Shown in pieces: positions 19,173 through 29,410 of a stretch of DNA of 64,000 bases. Origin of the DNA: Coleofasciculus sp. B1-GNL1-01. Its GTDB lineage: Bacteria > Cyanobacteriota > Cyanobacteriia > Cyanobacteriales > Coleofasciculaceae. The stretch is from the NCBI GenBank assembly GCA_040220235.1, contig JAVJTO010000059.1, one strand, 5' to 3'. Under the pieces are notes generated by a model. It had not been told where the DNA came from and made no database searches. It saw only the letters and a list, made by a program, of their open reading frames with translations. The stretch's first letter is position 1, and each line of letters starts with the position of its first letter. Position numbers and translations under genes: made by a program.

Positions 19173-21047
19173 GTGAAACGTTTTCAGCAAAGCATAAAAA
19201 TACTCACGATCCGAAATTATCGCTTTTCTCGCTATCCGAAACAAATCCTGATTTTCCTGGCTACAGTCAGTCTGATTTGTACTCAAGTTGTCGCTCAAGA
19301 TGTCCCTATTTATAGCCCCAGGGATATCTTTCATCCGGTTATCGCCGAAAATGGCATGGTTTCTTCTCAAGAACGCTATGCCACAGAAGCAGGGTTGGCT
19401 GTGTTAAAAGAGGGCGGAAATGCCATTGATGCTGCCGTTACTATGGGATTTACGATGGCGGTTACTTTACCCAGTGCGGGAAATATTGGTGGCGGTGGAT
19501 TTATGCTGGTTCATTTAGCTGATGACAATCAAACCTTTGCCATTGATTATCGGGAAAAAGCCCCAAAAGCTGCCACTCGTGATATGTTTCTGGATGAAAC
19601 GGGTGATGTTGATTCTGAAAAATCCCGCTATAGTCATGCAGCCGTTGGTGTTCCGGGAACCGTTGCTGGGTTAAGTTTAGCACTAGAAAAATATGGGACA
19701 ATTTCGTTGGAACGGGCGTTACAACCTGCGATTGAATTAGCCGAAAATGGCTTCCCCGTTTCCGAATATGTGCATCGTTCCTTAGTGGCTGTGAAAGAAC
19801 GAATGCAAGCTTATCCTGCAAGTATGACAATCTTTTATAAACTAGGGGGAGAACCGTATCAGATTGGCGAAACTCTGGTGCAAAGGGATTTAGCGCAGAG
19901 TTTGAGATTGATTGCTAGTGAGGGTGCAAAGGCATTTTACCAGGGTGCGATCGCAGATGCGATTGTGACAGAGATGGAAGCTAATGATGGCTTGATTTCT
20001 CAGGCGGATTTAGCCGAGTATCAACCTGTTATCCGAGAACCGATTCGGGGGAATTATCGTGGCTATGAGATTTATTCCATGCCACCGCCTAGTTCTGGGG
20101 GAATTCATCTGGTACAATTATTGAATATTTTGGAAACATTTCCTCTGAGTGAACTGGGACAGAATACGGCTCAAACTATTCATTTGATGACTGAAAGCAT
20201 GAAGCTAGCTTATGCGGATCGGTCTAAATATTTAGGGGATACTGATTTTGTGTCGGTCCCGATTTCCGGATTAATCTCTAAATCCTATGCCGAACAGCTA
20301 CGCCGCAAAATAAATTTAGATCAAGCAACGCCGAGTCAAGATATTACTCCGGGTAATCCTAATCCGTTTATTGAAAGTAACAATACCACTCATTATTCAG
20401 TCATGGATAATCAGGGTAATGCTGTGGCAAATACGTATACCCTAAACTTTAGTTATGGCAGTAAAATAACGGTTCCGGAAACAGGAATTCTACTGAACAA
20501 TGAAATGAACGACTTTTCCGCCAAGCCAGGAGTCCCCAATGCGTTTGGCTTAATTGGTGGAGAATTTAACGCCATTGAACCGGAAAAACGGATGCTCAGT
20601 TCTATGACACCAACCATTATCTTAAAAGATGAGCAGCCGTTTCTGGTGACGGGAAGTCCGGGAGGGAGTCGGATTATCACGACGGTATTATATCAAATCC
20701 GGTTAAATAACCTCACTAAAAATGGCTGAAACCCTCATTCTGACGTGATTGCATTTGTGTGCAATCAACAGGATTCGATATTACAGGTTATTTTAAATGT
20801 AATTGATCATGACATGAATATTGCTGAAGCAACGAATGCCGTTCGGGTGCATCATCAATGGCTTCCGGATCAGTTGATGATTGAACAAGGATTAAATAAA
20901 GACACTAGACGTCTTTTAGAGGAAAAAGGACATCAGATTACGGTTACTAATGTCATGGGAAGTACCCAAAGTATTATGTTAGTTGATCAAACTTTAAACG
21001 GTGCATCTGACCCCCGACGTCCCGGTGCTTTAACCTTGGGATATTAA
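19173..21047 (+). pseudogene. ggt: Gamma-glutamyltransferase interrupted by a MITE near the 3' end
   Basis: GGNAIDAAV, GGGGF, NTTHYSV, RMLSSM, GSPGGSRIITTVL|QVILN, ASDPR; the insert at 20691-20780 adds an in-frame TGA. Confidence 0.9.
20691..20780. mobile_element. 90-bp MITE with TTA target duplication
   Basis: TATCAAATCCGGTT..AACAGGATTCGATA (12/14 inverted match), TTA on both sides; removal restores acg gta tta cag gtt (TVLQV). Confidence 0.92.
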
Positions 21048-21055
21048 AGACAGTT

Positions 21056-21607
21056 CTATTCATTTTTAGTAATGACCAAAAGTTCGCGGGAAATTTTTGG
21101 CTGTACCTCATAAAAAATGAGCGTATACTGACGGTTTTTATCCACAATTTTTCTGAATGTATATTCTCCGGTATCGGAGAGTCCTAACAACCAAGAGTTT
21201 TTTCGCTTCCAGGTATTCCCTTGCATATCATTATCCATTTGAATCATTGAGAACTCTACCAACCATGTTGGTATACTTAATCCGAAAACAATAGGAATAA
21301 TGATGGCATAGCGAAACGTTGGATCAAATTCAAATTTATAGGTTACCTTCGCGAAATTAACAAAATTAAGTAACTGACGCCCTTGTTCGGAAACCTGAAA
21401 TGTCCATTGAAATGGAGCAAATACAGGAAGAAATAACGTTCGGCTATTCGCGTTCCATTGTCCACCTTCCAATGTACAGCAATCATCAGCAAGAGGATTT
21501 CCATCCATAAAGAACACTCCTTGAAGAATGTCTGGTAAATCAGTTTCCCTGTCTTGTCTCATCCAAGTGGCAATATCATTCAATTGTCGAGTTTCACTAG
21601 TTACCAT
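21056..21607 (-). CDS. Hypothetical protein co-oriented with the P450
   Basis: 183-aa ORF 54 nt downstream of the P450; beta-rich and aromatic-rich. Confidence 0.7.
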   Translation of the reverse strand: MVTSETRQLNDIATWMRQDRETDLPDILQGVFFMDGNPLADDCCTLEGGQWNANSRTLFLPVFAPFQWTFQVSEQGRQLLNFVNFAKVTYKFEFDPTFRYAIIIPIVFGLSIPTWLVEFSMIQMDNDMQGNTWKRKNSWLLGLSDTGEYTFRKIVDKNRQYTLIFYEVQPKISRELLVITKNE

Positions 21608-21661
21608 GAGTTGTTATTTGTGTTCTTAATTAAAACGACGTTTCCGACCAAAGCGATACAA

Positions 21662-23008
21662 TTAATCCGTTTGCTGTGCAAAGCCATTCAATACTAGATT
21701 GGGCTTAAATGGAGCAAACTTTTTCATATCCCATTCTACACCCGAAACAGAATGCCATTGATAGTGCTTAAACGCATATAAACAGAACAGTTTTACGATG
21801 GCAATCGATAAGGATCTGCCTGGACAGTTGCGTTCCTGATTCGAGCCATTCCAGGACAAAATATCGCTATAATCTCGTGTGGTTTTAAATGTGTCTGGCT
21901 CTTCATATTTGTCAGGATCGCGATTTGCCGTAAATAGGGAAGCGACTAGACGAGTCCCCTTTTGGAACGGACATCGCTGACCCCCAATTTCTACTTCCAT
22001 CGATTCGGTAGACATTTGATTGACAAAGCGAACGGGCGGATAAAGACGGGCTGTTTCAAAAATCACCTTTTCGGTTAATTCCAGTTGGGCTAATGTTTGG
22101 GCATTTAGGGGAGTTTGACCATCCCAAACGGCATCAATCTCAGCATTAATATTTGTTCTCAAGGCTTCATCTTGACATAAAACACCGAACACCGAAGCAA
22201 GGAGATCACTGGTTCCAGCAGTTCCAGCAACGTGGATCATATCAAACAGATTGTTGGCAACCTGTTGTTCATTTAACTGATACGACGCCCCGAACGCCAG
22301 ATACTCTTGATACTTGGAAGATTTTTTGTACGCCTCGACTAACTGTTGGCGATGCTGAATATGCGATCGCGTCTTATTCCTCAACAGTGTATTATGAAGA
22401 AGATTGGGAACAGTCGCTAATCCCAGCCCTCCAATATAGCCCACTGACCCAGCAATTTCTTCCTCAGATAATTTGAGGTTAAGAACCAGTTCGTGTAATA
22501 GAGCGACAATCATTTTGGGCAGGTCAGTTTTGACATTTAGGGTTCCCTGCTTCGTCGCCGTAGCTAGTCCTTCATCGACTAGCTTGGCTAATACCTCTGT
22601 TGTTTCTTCGGGTTTTGGTAAGGCGTGAAAAAATAACGCTCGAATTCCGGCATGTTTATCACCATTGGTTCCTAAACATAAGGGATGACCGAGAAAATAA
22701 CTGCGAGCATTGATCTTCAAGGGTCCCAAATAATTATCCCGTTTCTGGGGTATAGTTTCAACCAGTCTTTTGGCATCAGCGTAGGTGGTATGGATGATCG
22801 CCTGATCCAAACCCAGAAATTTATCGGAGATTCGTTCCTTCCGCACATACAGATAATCTCGCCATTGCTTGGTTAGTACCGGAAGGTCTAAAAAATAAGC
22901 CATTAAACGAATGACTTTGCCAATGGGATTGTTCTGTCCAATTTTTGCCAAGAGGCGCGAGAACTTAAGTTGACGCTCATGGACTTCGAGTATTTTTTGA
23001 TGTTCCAT
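21662..23008 (-). CDS. Cytochrome P450, CYP74-clan-like (hydroperoxide-metabolising candidate)
   Basis: ETARLYPPV (ExxR), ANRDP, heme loop SWNGSNQERNCPG; I-helix AGTAGT lacks the acid residue. Confidence 0.85.
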   Translation of the reverse strand: MEHQKILEVHERQLKFSRLLAKIGQNNPIGKVIRLMAYFLDLPVLTKQWRDYLYVRKERISDKFLGLDQAIIHTTYADAKRLVETIPQKRDNYLGPLKINARSYFLGHPLCLGTNGDKHAGIRALFFHALPKPEETTEVLAKLVDEGLATATKQGTLNVKTDLPKMIVALLHELVLNLKLSEEEIAGSVGYIGGLGLATVPNLLHNTLLRNKTRSHIQHRQQLVEAYKKSSKYQEYLAFGASYQLNEQQVANNLFDMIHVAGTAGTSDLLASVFGVLCQDEALRTNINAEIDAVWDGQTPLNAQTLAQLELTEKVIFETARLYPPVRFVNQMSTESMEVEIGGQRCPFQKGTRLVASLFTANRDPDKYEEPDTFKTTRDYSDILSWNGSNQERNCPGRSLSIAIVKLFCLYAFKHYQWHSVSGVEWDMKKFAPFKPNLVLNGFAQQTD

Positions 23009-23512
23009 CCTAATTCTTCTGGGTTTTGCTTGCTGGAAAGGGTTAATTTATAACTTTATCATCATACGGATTGAACTTTATGGCATTCAGCTCAACTTTG
23101 GCAAAAATACTCAACATTTCTTAATCAAATGACATCGATCCTAACCAACTTGAAAGATGAATAAAAATAGTATACAGTATGAATCTGTCCCAAAATGGAG
23201 CCAGTCGAGCCAGTTTAAATGAGTCGTGAACACCAATAGGGCTGAAAGTCTTGCCCAGCAAGGATCGCTATTTCACAACTGATTTATACTCATAATTATT
23301 TAGTTTTTTCGGGTTCATGCATTGACAAATCTATTGCTATTTGCTACTAAAGCCGATTGTTGGTTATTTGCCAATTGCTGATGGGTCAACGAATCGTCGC
23401 CCTGATCCGGCTTCAGCCTTTAGGCTATTTCATGAATGATTAGGGATTCCGGCATCATCCGGAAAAGGGCATCAATAAACCTGTAACGTTTTTTTAACAA
23501 AAGGACATCAAC

Positions 23513-25477
23513 ATGACCAAGTCGCAAACGATTGTTCAAGAACTATTACAAGTTTTAAAGCTCAGGCTAATTAACAGGTCTGCCATTCAGCAAAAACTCA
23601 AGGAAAAAGCGGCAAAACAACGGTCTCAATTAAGTCAAGTTGTCGGTCAGCTTGTCTTCAGTGACACCCAAAACCCCTTACATAATATGGAAGTGGAGTT
23701 ATGGGATCGAGACATTGGTACGCCGGAAGAGTATCTAGGTAAAGGTGTCACGGATCGCAATGGGTATTTTCAGATTTACTATGATCCGGAACAAGCGGGG
23801 TTTAAAGATACGCCAGATTTAGAATTGAGAGTCATCGAAATTCGCAGCAGCTTCGATACCAACAATGAATTGGTGCTTGCCAAACGTCTTGCCTACACGA
23901 TTAAAGGACCCGATAATGTCACGCAAAAGGAGTATGACTTTGGCACTTGCACTGTTCCCTACTGGCTTTATAATCCCACCAATCCCTTCCCCCGCATTCT
24001 GTTTACCGAGTTAGAGGGAACACCGGACGAAGATGCGATTGGTCGCAAACTGCAAGGTTATGAAGCCGCTAATCGTTTAACCCCAATTAAAGCCAAGCAT
24101 GTTATCGAAAATACGCTCAATCCGAATCAACCGTCTCTCCAGGAGATTCAAGGGGATTATCCGCCCAATTCCACAATTGAGCTAGAGCGAAAAAATCCGG
24201 GCTACACCCGAAGTGATGAATTTTTTGGGCTACGGGTTCTCAATGGGATGAATCCCTGCTTACCGAAAAAAAATAAGAGTAAGCCGAATGAGTACAAGGT
24301 TACGTTTAACTGGGATGCTTACGAAAAAGATCAGATTCATGACCTGCACAATGTCGATGCGACGTTTGAGGTAAAAGATGGCAAATTTTTACCCACCTCG
24401 ATTACTATTCAAAGCCGACAGCCTGATTCCTACGCTCCCTTTTCTGCCTTAAAAGAACCGATTACCTATACTCCCAATGACGGCGATCAATGGTTGCAGG
24501 CAAAGCGAATTTTCCGCACCAACACTTTCTTCGCAGCTGAACTGATTGAACATTATATTAAAGCTCATTTACAGATGGAGCAATATACAGTTGCGGCTTT
24601 CCGTAACTTGAGAAAAAATCCTCTCCGTCTGATGTTAATTCCTCATCTCAAGAGCTTGATTAATATCAATCGACGAGCGGATACAGTATTAGTAGACCCA
24701 AATGAGGGCTATGTTGTTACCGCTGGACCCTTGACGCCAGAGAGTGTGGTGCAGATTTGTCATGAGAGCATGTCGCAGTTGGATTGGAAAGGTTGGCAAC
24801 CACGTCAGCCTTTATGTGAGACGCATACCTTTGCCAAGATAGCCAATCTCTATTGGCAGCTTTTGACGGAATATATTGAGGTCTTTTTCCAAACCTATCA
24901 GGATGAGATTGAACGCGAATGGATTGAAATTCATCGGTTATCGGATGACTTGGTTAACCATAGTGTGGCGTATGAACCGGGAAAAGATAGTGGTAGCGAC
25001 GATGGGTATGAATGGTATGATACGAATGAACTGACTCAACCGAATAATTCTCGACGCACCATCAATGGCAGTTTGAAAGTGGTTAGTCCGGTGACGCTAT
25101 CGGATAAACCCGATGCCAATGATATGGACAACTTAAAACAGTTCTGTCGGTTTGTAATTTTCCACGTAACCCTGTGGCATTCCTGGGTGAATGATTCCCA
25201 AACGGATGCTGGGGGGGAAGTCTTGTATAGTTCTCTCGGACTGCGGAATGGTAGTTTTGGGAATGAGGATGATCCAACCATTGCTCCTGATTCAGGAGAA
25301 GCAACGCAACTTCTCTATTTGGTGAATGTGTTAACGGCGATTAAGTATGGATATATCATCAAGAATGAAGATGGGGATATTCCCGCCGAATTCCGCAAAA
25401 TTTTGTTAAATCACAAGCAAGATTTTGCCCAACTGGATTTTGATGTGAATAACATTAGAGCGTTGATCAATGTTTGA
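23513..25477 (+). CDS. Lipoxygenase with an N-terminal beta-sandwich domain
   Basis: LNGMNP, W..AK, EHYIKAHL (HxxxxH), NP...L.PH, ININRRA, HSWVN, C-terminal INV. Confidence 0.9.
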   Translation: MTKSQTIVQELLQVLKLRLINRSAIQQKLKEKAAKQRSQLSQVVGQLVFSDTQNPLHNMEVELWDRDIGTPEEYLGKGVTDRNGYFQIYYDPEQAGFKDTPDLELRVIEIRSSFDTNNELVLAKRLAYTIKGPDNVTQKEYDFGTCTVPYWLYNPTNPFPRILFTELEGTPDEDAIGRKLQGYEAANRLTPIKAKHVIENTLNPNQPSLQEIQGDYPPNSTIELERKNPGYTRSDEFFGLRVLNGMNPCLPKKNKSKPNEYKVTFNWDAYEKDQIHDLHNVDATFEVKDGKFLPTSITIQSRQPDSYAPFSALKEPITYTPNDGDQWLQAKRIFRTNTFFAAELIEHYIKAHLQMEQYTVAAFRNLRKNPLRLMLIPHLKSLININRRADTVLVDPNEGYVVTAGPLTPESVVQICHESMSQLDWKGWQPRQPLCETHTFAKIANLYWQLLTEYIEVFFQTYQDEIEREWIEIHRLSDDLVNHSVAYEPGKDSGSDDGYEWYDTNELTQPNNSRRTINGSLKVVSPVTLSDKPDANDMDNLKQFCRFVIFHVTLWHSWVNDSQTDAGGEVLYSSLGLRNGSFGNEDDPTIAPDSGEATQLLYLVNVLTAIKYGYIIKNEDGDIPAEFRKILLNHKQDFAQLDFDVNNIRALINV

Positions 25478-25762
25478 TCGATAGTGTATCCCATCCGTAG
25501 GGGCGCAAGGCATTGCGCCCTTTATTTAATGGCGTCTTTGACCCCAGCTAGTAGTTTAGTCAATCTCAAACCATGCCCAACACGAATAAGCCGTGATGCA
25601 TTTAAATTGGGTATTAGTGGCGAGCAAGATGTTCGCACTACAGCGATTTCGTCATTATTATCCAGATTTCATTCTCATCATGGGAAAAAATTTAACAAAA
25701 TGTCTGCGAAGATATATATTTATGTGATACTTGCATGACAAAACTCCAAGTTGAGCAATACT

Positions 25763-27241
25763 ATGAGTTCTCGAATAGGCGTGGCTTTGAGCCTGTTAAC
25801 AAGTGTGAGTTTTTTGGCTGACCCGACCCTAGTTGCAGCTCAGGAGGAGAAGTTTAGCTCGCCTCCAGCCGTGATAGCAAAGCGGGGAGAAGGGGAGAAT
25901 GCTAAACCAATCATTGTTGCCGAGTTAGTTGAACAACTGCGTACCGCCGATGTTGGCAAACGTCGGGAAATTATTCAACAACTTAGTGATACCCAACAAG
26001 ATATTGTTCCAGCATTGCTCAGTGCAATGGACGATCCTGATCCTCTGGTTAAAAGTGGTGTAGCAGAAGCATTAGGCAATCTCACTGATGATGCTGCACC
26101 AGCAGTTCCTAGATTGATTGAGATGATGAATGATGGACGTCGGGCGATCGTACCCATGCCATCAAGTCCTCGATATCCCAGTCAAAGTATTTTTATTGCT
26201 CCTGTTCCTACTCTTCGTACTCGTCTTCCTCTTACTCCCGCTCCTATTCGTCTTCCTGCTCGTCGTCCTCCTGCTCGTCCTCTTCCTTTTCCTCCTATTG
26301 CTTCTCCTCCTCCTCGTCTTACTACAACAACAGAGGAGGAGACGGATAACGAACGACGCCTTCCACCTACCCCGCCTGGAAACCCCGAAAACCGACTGCG
26401 GATTACAGCAATCATCGCGCTGGGAAAAATTGGTTTGCCAGCCAGATCATTAGCGACACCTCCCTTAACCGAAGCCTTGCAAGACCCTGATCCGTGGGTC
26501 AAGCTGAATGCAACATGGGCGCTCTCCCAAATCGGAGCTTCTGTCCCCCTTCTATCTCATTGGTTAGAAGCTTTACAGCATTCTGATCCTAACTTGCGTC
26601 GCAGTGCAGCAACAGTTTTTGAAGATTCCGGATCACTGCTACCTAAAATCTTAGGAGCGGAAGCGGATAATAACACGGCGAGGTCTTTAGTTACCGTACT
26701 TAACGATGACGATTCCCTGGTTCGCAGTGCTGCCGAAAAAGCATTAAACTTGTTGGGGACAGATGCATTACCCGGCTTAATCGAAGCGTTGAAAGCACCA
26801 GAGCCAATTGTCCGCTTGCAAGCAGCAGAACTGTTGGGAAATCTAGGAGAATCAGCACAGTCGGCGGTTCCTGACCTGTTGCCACTACTGAAGGATACAG
26901 GGCGTTATGTTCCACCCTCCTCGAATGGATTATTCACTGCACTACCCCTTTTTTCTAATCGAGTTCCACCCAGTCCGCAATACATTTCTGTTCCTGCTAA
27001 CCCTCAAAAATTGGTGCGAGTCAATGCCGCGATTGCCTTGGGCAAGCTAGGCGATCGCCCTGATCCTTGCTCCACATCACAGCCGCGATCGCACTCTTTC
27101 CCAAATTCAATGGTTATCCCTCCATTAAAGTCCCGCCTCACCCACCCTACTCTTTTAGATATGGCGTATTTGCCAGGATTTAGTTATTTAATGTTACGCG
27201 GGCAAACAACTGAGTCCCAGGTCATGTACGGTTATAGATGA
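25763..27241 (+). CDS. Secreted HEAT-repeat protein, probably 3'-truncated
   Basis: Signal peptide; repeated AL.D.D..VR..AA..LG units; HEAT pattern stops at the HIP1 site at 27051. Confidence 0.75.
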   Translation: MSSRIGVALSLLTSVSFLADPTLVAAQEEKFSSPPAVIAKRGEGENAKPIIVAELVEQLRTADVGKRREIIQQLSDTQQDIVPALLSAMDDPDPLVKSGVAEALGNLTDDAAPAVPRLIEMMNDGRRAIVPMPSSPRYPSQSIFIAPVPTLRTRLPLTPAPIRLPARRPPARPLPFPPIASPPPRLTTTTEEETDNERRLPPTPPGNPENRLRITAIIALGKIGLPARSLATPPLTEALQDPDPWVKLNATWALSQIGASVPLLSHWLEALQHSDPNLRRSAATVFEDSGSLLPKILGAEADNNTARSLVTVLNDDDSLVRSAAEKALNLLGTDALPGLIEALKAPEPIVRLQAAELLGNLGESAQSAVPDLLPLLKDTGRYVPPSSNGLFTALPLFSNRVPPSPQYISVPANPQKLVRVNAAIALGKLGDRPDPCSTSQPRSHSFPNSMVIPPLKSRLTHPTLLDMAYLPGFSYLMLRGQTTESQVMYGYR

Positions 27242-27266
27242 ACCCCTACTCAGTTGGTGTTCGGTA

Positions 27267-28031
27267 ATGCCTTCCTCGATTTCTCCTTTATCTCAGCCAG
27301 AACCGGAAAATAAATGTCCGGATTGCCTGTACATGACATTGGCAGGAATTCCGGTGCAACCTGTAGAACATCCTGACTATCTGGAGTTTCTACAACCGTT
27401 CCCAATGCCACAAATTGACCTGTACTTAACCCTTCAGTTTAGCCAACAGTGGGAATCTTTACCTCAAGGGCGGGTTCAGTTTGGACTCAAAGGAGGAGCA
27501 TTAAGACTGAGGGTAGAGGGGGGTGAGATTCCTTACGAATCCCGGATTATGGGTTCTATGGAATTGGTTGTGCCAACGGTTGAAACGGATTCTTCTGCCA
27601 ATCGTCCAATCCGCGATCGCTTTTCTGGGGAGTTGGATGAATCCACCCTTAACCCTCAGGCAGATGGAGCAACCAGACAACCCTCACCAAAGGGGAAACT
27701 TAATCATCATTCTATTTGTCACATTACAACAAAAGTCACCGAAGAAAACCCCGCCTGGATTTTTGAAGAAGAACGGGGACAGCCCGTCTTAAATGGTTGG
27801 CTCAATCAGGTCAAACTCGGCACATTGCGTGTCTCTGCCCTTCCCTGTCGCGTAGACGCCACATTTGAAGTATCGCGACGAGATATTTGTTTGACCCATG
27901 TAGACCGATTGTGGAGTCCAGAGATTAGTCGCAATAAACAGGCGGTGCTGGACAGACTGATTATTCAGCAGTTGCTGGAACGTAAGTTTAAGCCCTATCT
28001 CAGTCGAGTCGAGTTGCATTATGATGGATGA
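27267..28031 (+). CDS. Conserved cyanobacterial hypothetical protein
   Basis: 254-aa ORF overlapping the pentapeptide gene start; QWE..GRVQFGLKGG.L.L motif. Confidence 0.7.
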   Translation: MPSSISPLSQPEPENKCPDCLYMTLAGIPVQPVEHPDYLEFLQPFPMPQIDLYLTLQFSQQWESLPQGRVQFGLKGGALRLRVEGGEIPYESRIMGSMELVVPTVETDSSANRPIRDRFSGELDESTLNPQADGATRQPSPKGKLNHHSICHITTKVTEENPAWIFEEERGQPVLNGWLNQVKLGTLRVSALPCRVDATFEVSRRDICLTHVDRLWSPEISRNKQAVLDRLIIQQLLERKFKPYLSRVELHYDG

Positions 28032-29103
28032 ACGTTTTTTTACCCAACTCCAAGCCCTGATTCAGAAGGTTGTCGCGGCGGATACAGATAATTTAGCTCA
28101 ACTGGCGGCAATGGTGGGTCTGAATTTGGCACGGGATTTCGCCGAGTCTAATCTCAGAGATACGAATCTCAGGGGTGCTAACTTGGTGAAAGCCAATCTT
28201 AGAGGAACGGATTTGCACGGCGCTAACCTGATGAAGGCGAGGCTGTGCGGGGCGGATTTGCGTGGGGCGGATTTGATTCAGGCAAATCTGTGTGGGGCGG
28301 ATTTGAGACAGGCAAATCTGCGCGGCGCGGTGCTGTGGAATGCGGATCTGACTCAGGCAAACCTGGAGGGGGCGAACCTCACTGATGCTAATTTAGGCGG
28401 GACAACCTTAAATTACGCCAATCTGAAAATGGTTGATTTTAGAGGCGCTCATCTCTACCAGGCTCACCTCTATGGGGCTAATTTGAATGAAGCGAAACTT
28501 AGAGGGGCAAATCTAGGAAAAACTGACCTGAGAGAGGCAAACCTGAAAGACGCCTATATTATTCGCGCCTATTTGGGACAGGCAAATCTGCAAGGTGCGG
28601 ATTTCGACGGCGCGAATCTGAGTGAGTCGGATATGAGTCAGGCGAAACTAAACCGTGCCAAATTGCGGAATACTCAGCTACGGAATACGGATTTCAGCCT
28701 CAGTGATTTGACTCAGGCGACGCTGATTCGTGCCAATGCTAGCCGCGCCCACCTGATTCGCGCCAACCTGCGAGGGGCAGATTTAATTCGCACGAACCTC
28801 ACCGGGGCGGATTTACAGGGGGCGGATTTGAGTTTGGCGGATTTGAGTCTGGCTAACCTGTATTTAGCCAACTTAGGCAATGCTAACTTAATTCGCGCCA
28901 ATCTGAGCATTGCTGAACTCGGCGGCGCTAATCTGAGTCGAGCCAACTTGAATCAGGCAGATTTGAGAGGAGCAAATGTGGAAAATGCTGAGTTTGATCG
29001 CAATCCAGGATTGTCTGACGAGATGAAACGGGTGTTGAAACGGCGCGGCGCTATCTTGGCAGAGGTGAAGCGCGATCGCGTGGGGGTGTTGGTGTCTCGG
29101 TAA
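28021..29103 (+). CDS. Pentapeptide repeat protein
   Basis: Long A(N/D)LxG repeat run. Confidence 0.95.
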   Translation: MMDERFFTQLQALIQKVVAADTDNLAQLAAMVGLNLARDFAESNLRDTNLRGANLVKANLRGTDLHGANLMKARLCGADLRGADLIQANLCGADLRQANLRGAVLWNADLTQANLEGANLTDANLGGTTLNYANLKMVDFRGAHLYQAHLYGANLNEAKLRGANLGKTDLREANLKDAYIIRAYLGQANLQGADFDGANLSESDMSQAKLNRAKLRNTQLRNTDFSLSDLTQATLIRANASRAHLIRANLRGADLIRTNLTGADLQGADLSLADLSLANLYLANLGNANLIRANLSIAELGGANLSRANLNQADLRGANVENAEFDRNPGLSDEMKRVLKRRGAILAEVKRDRVGVLVSR

Positions 29104-29410
29104 CTGGATGCGATGGCTTTTTATCCCAGGTTGAGCGATCGCGAAATTACTGGGAAGTCCCCCTTGTCCCTACTGTTCTAGAGGGTCTATAGGAGCGCAC
29201 ATTTTCCCATGGTAAAAAATTACCTCAAACAACAAAAAAAGTCAATGACTACGGGATTTAAATCATCGAGGCAATATAGTCAGGATATAATCCTATCCGG
29301 TTGAACCTTCATCGGTGGATCTGTTGTCACATAACTAAACCTTTTCGATTTATCCGCGCTTACAATAACGGAATATTCATGCATCTGAGAAATCTAGTTA
29401 AACTGAGTTC

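Noticed and set aside
26130..26453. Poly-Leu alternative-frame ORF
   Set aside because: Frame-shifted reading of the NNT codon run
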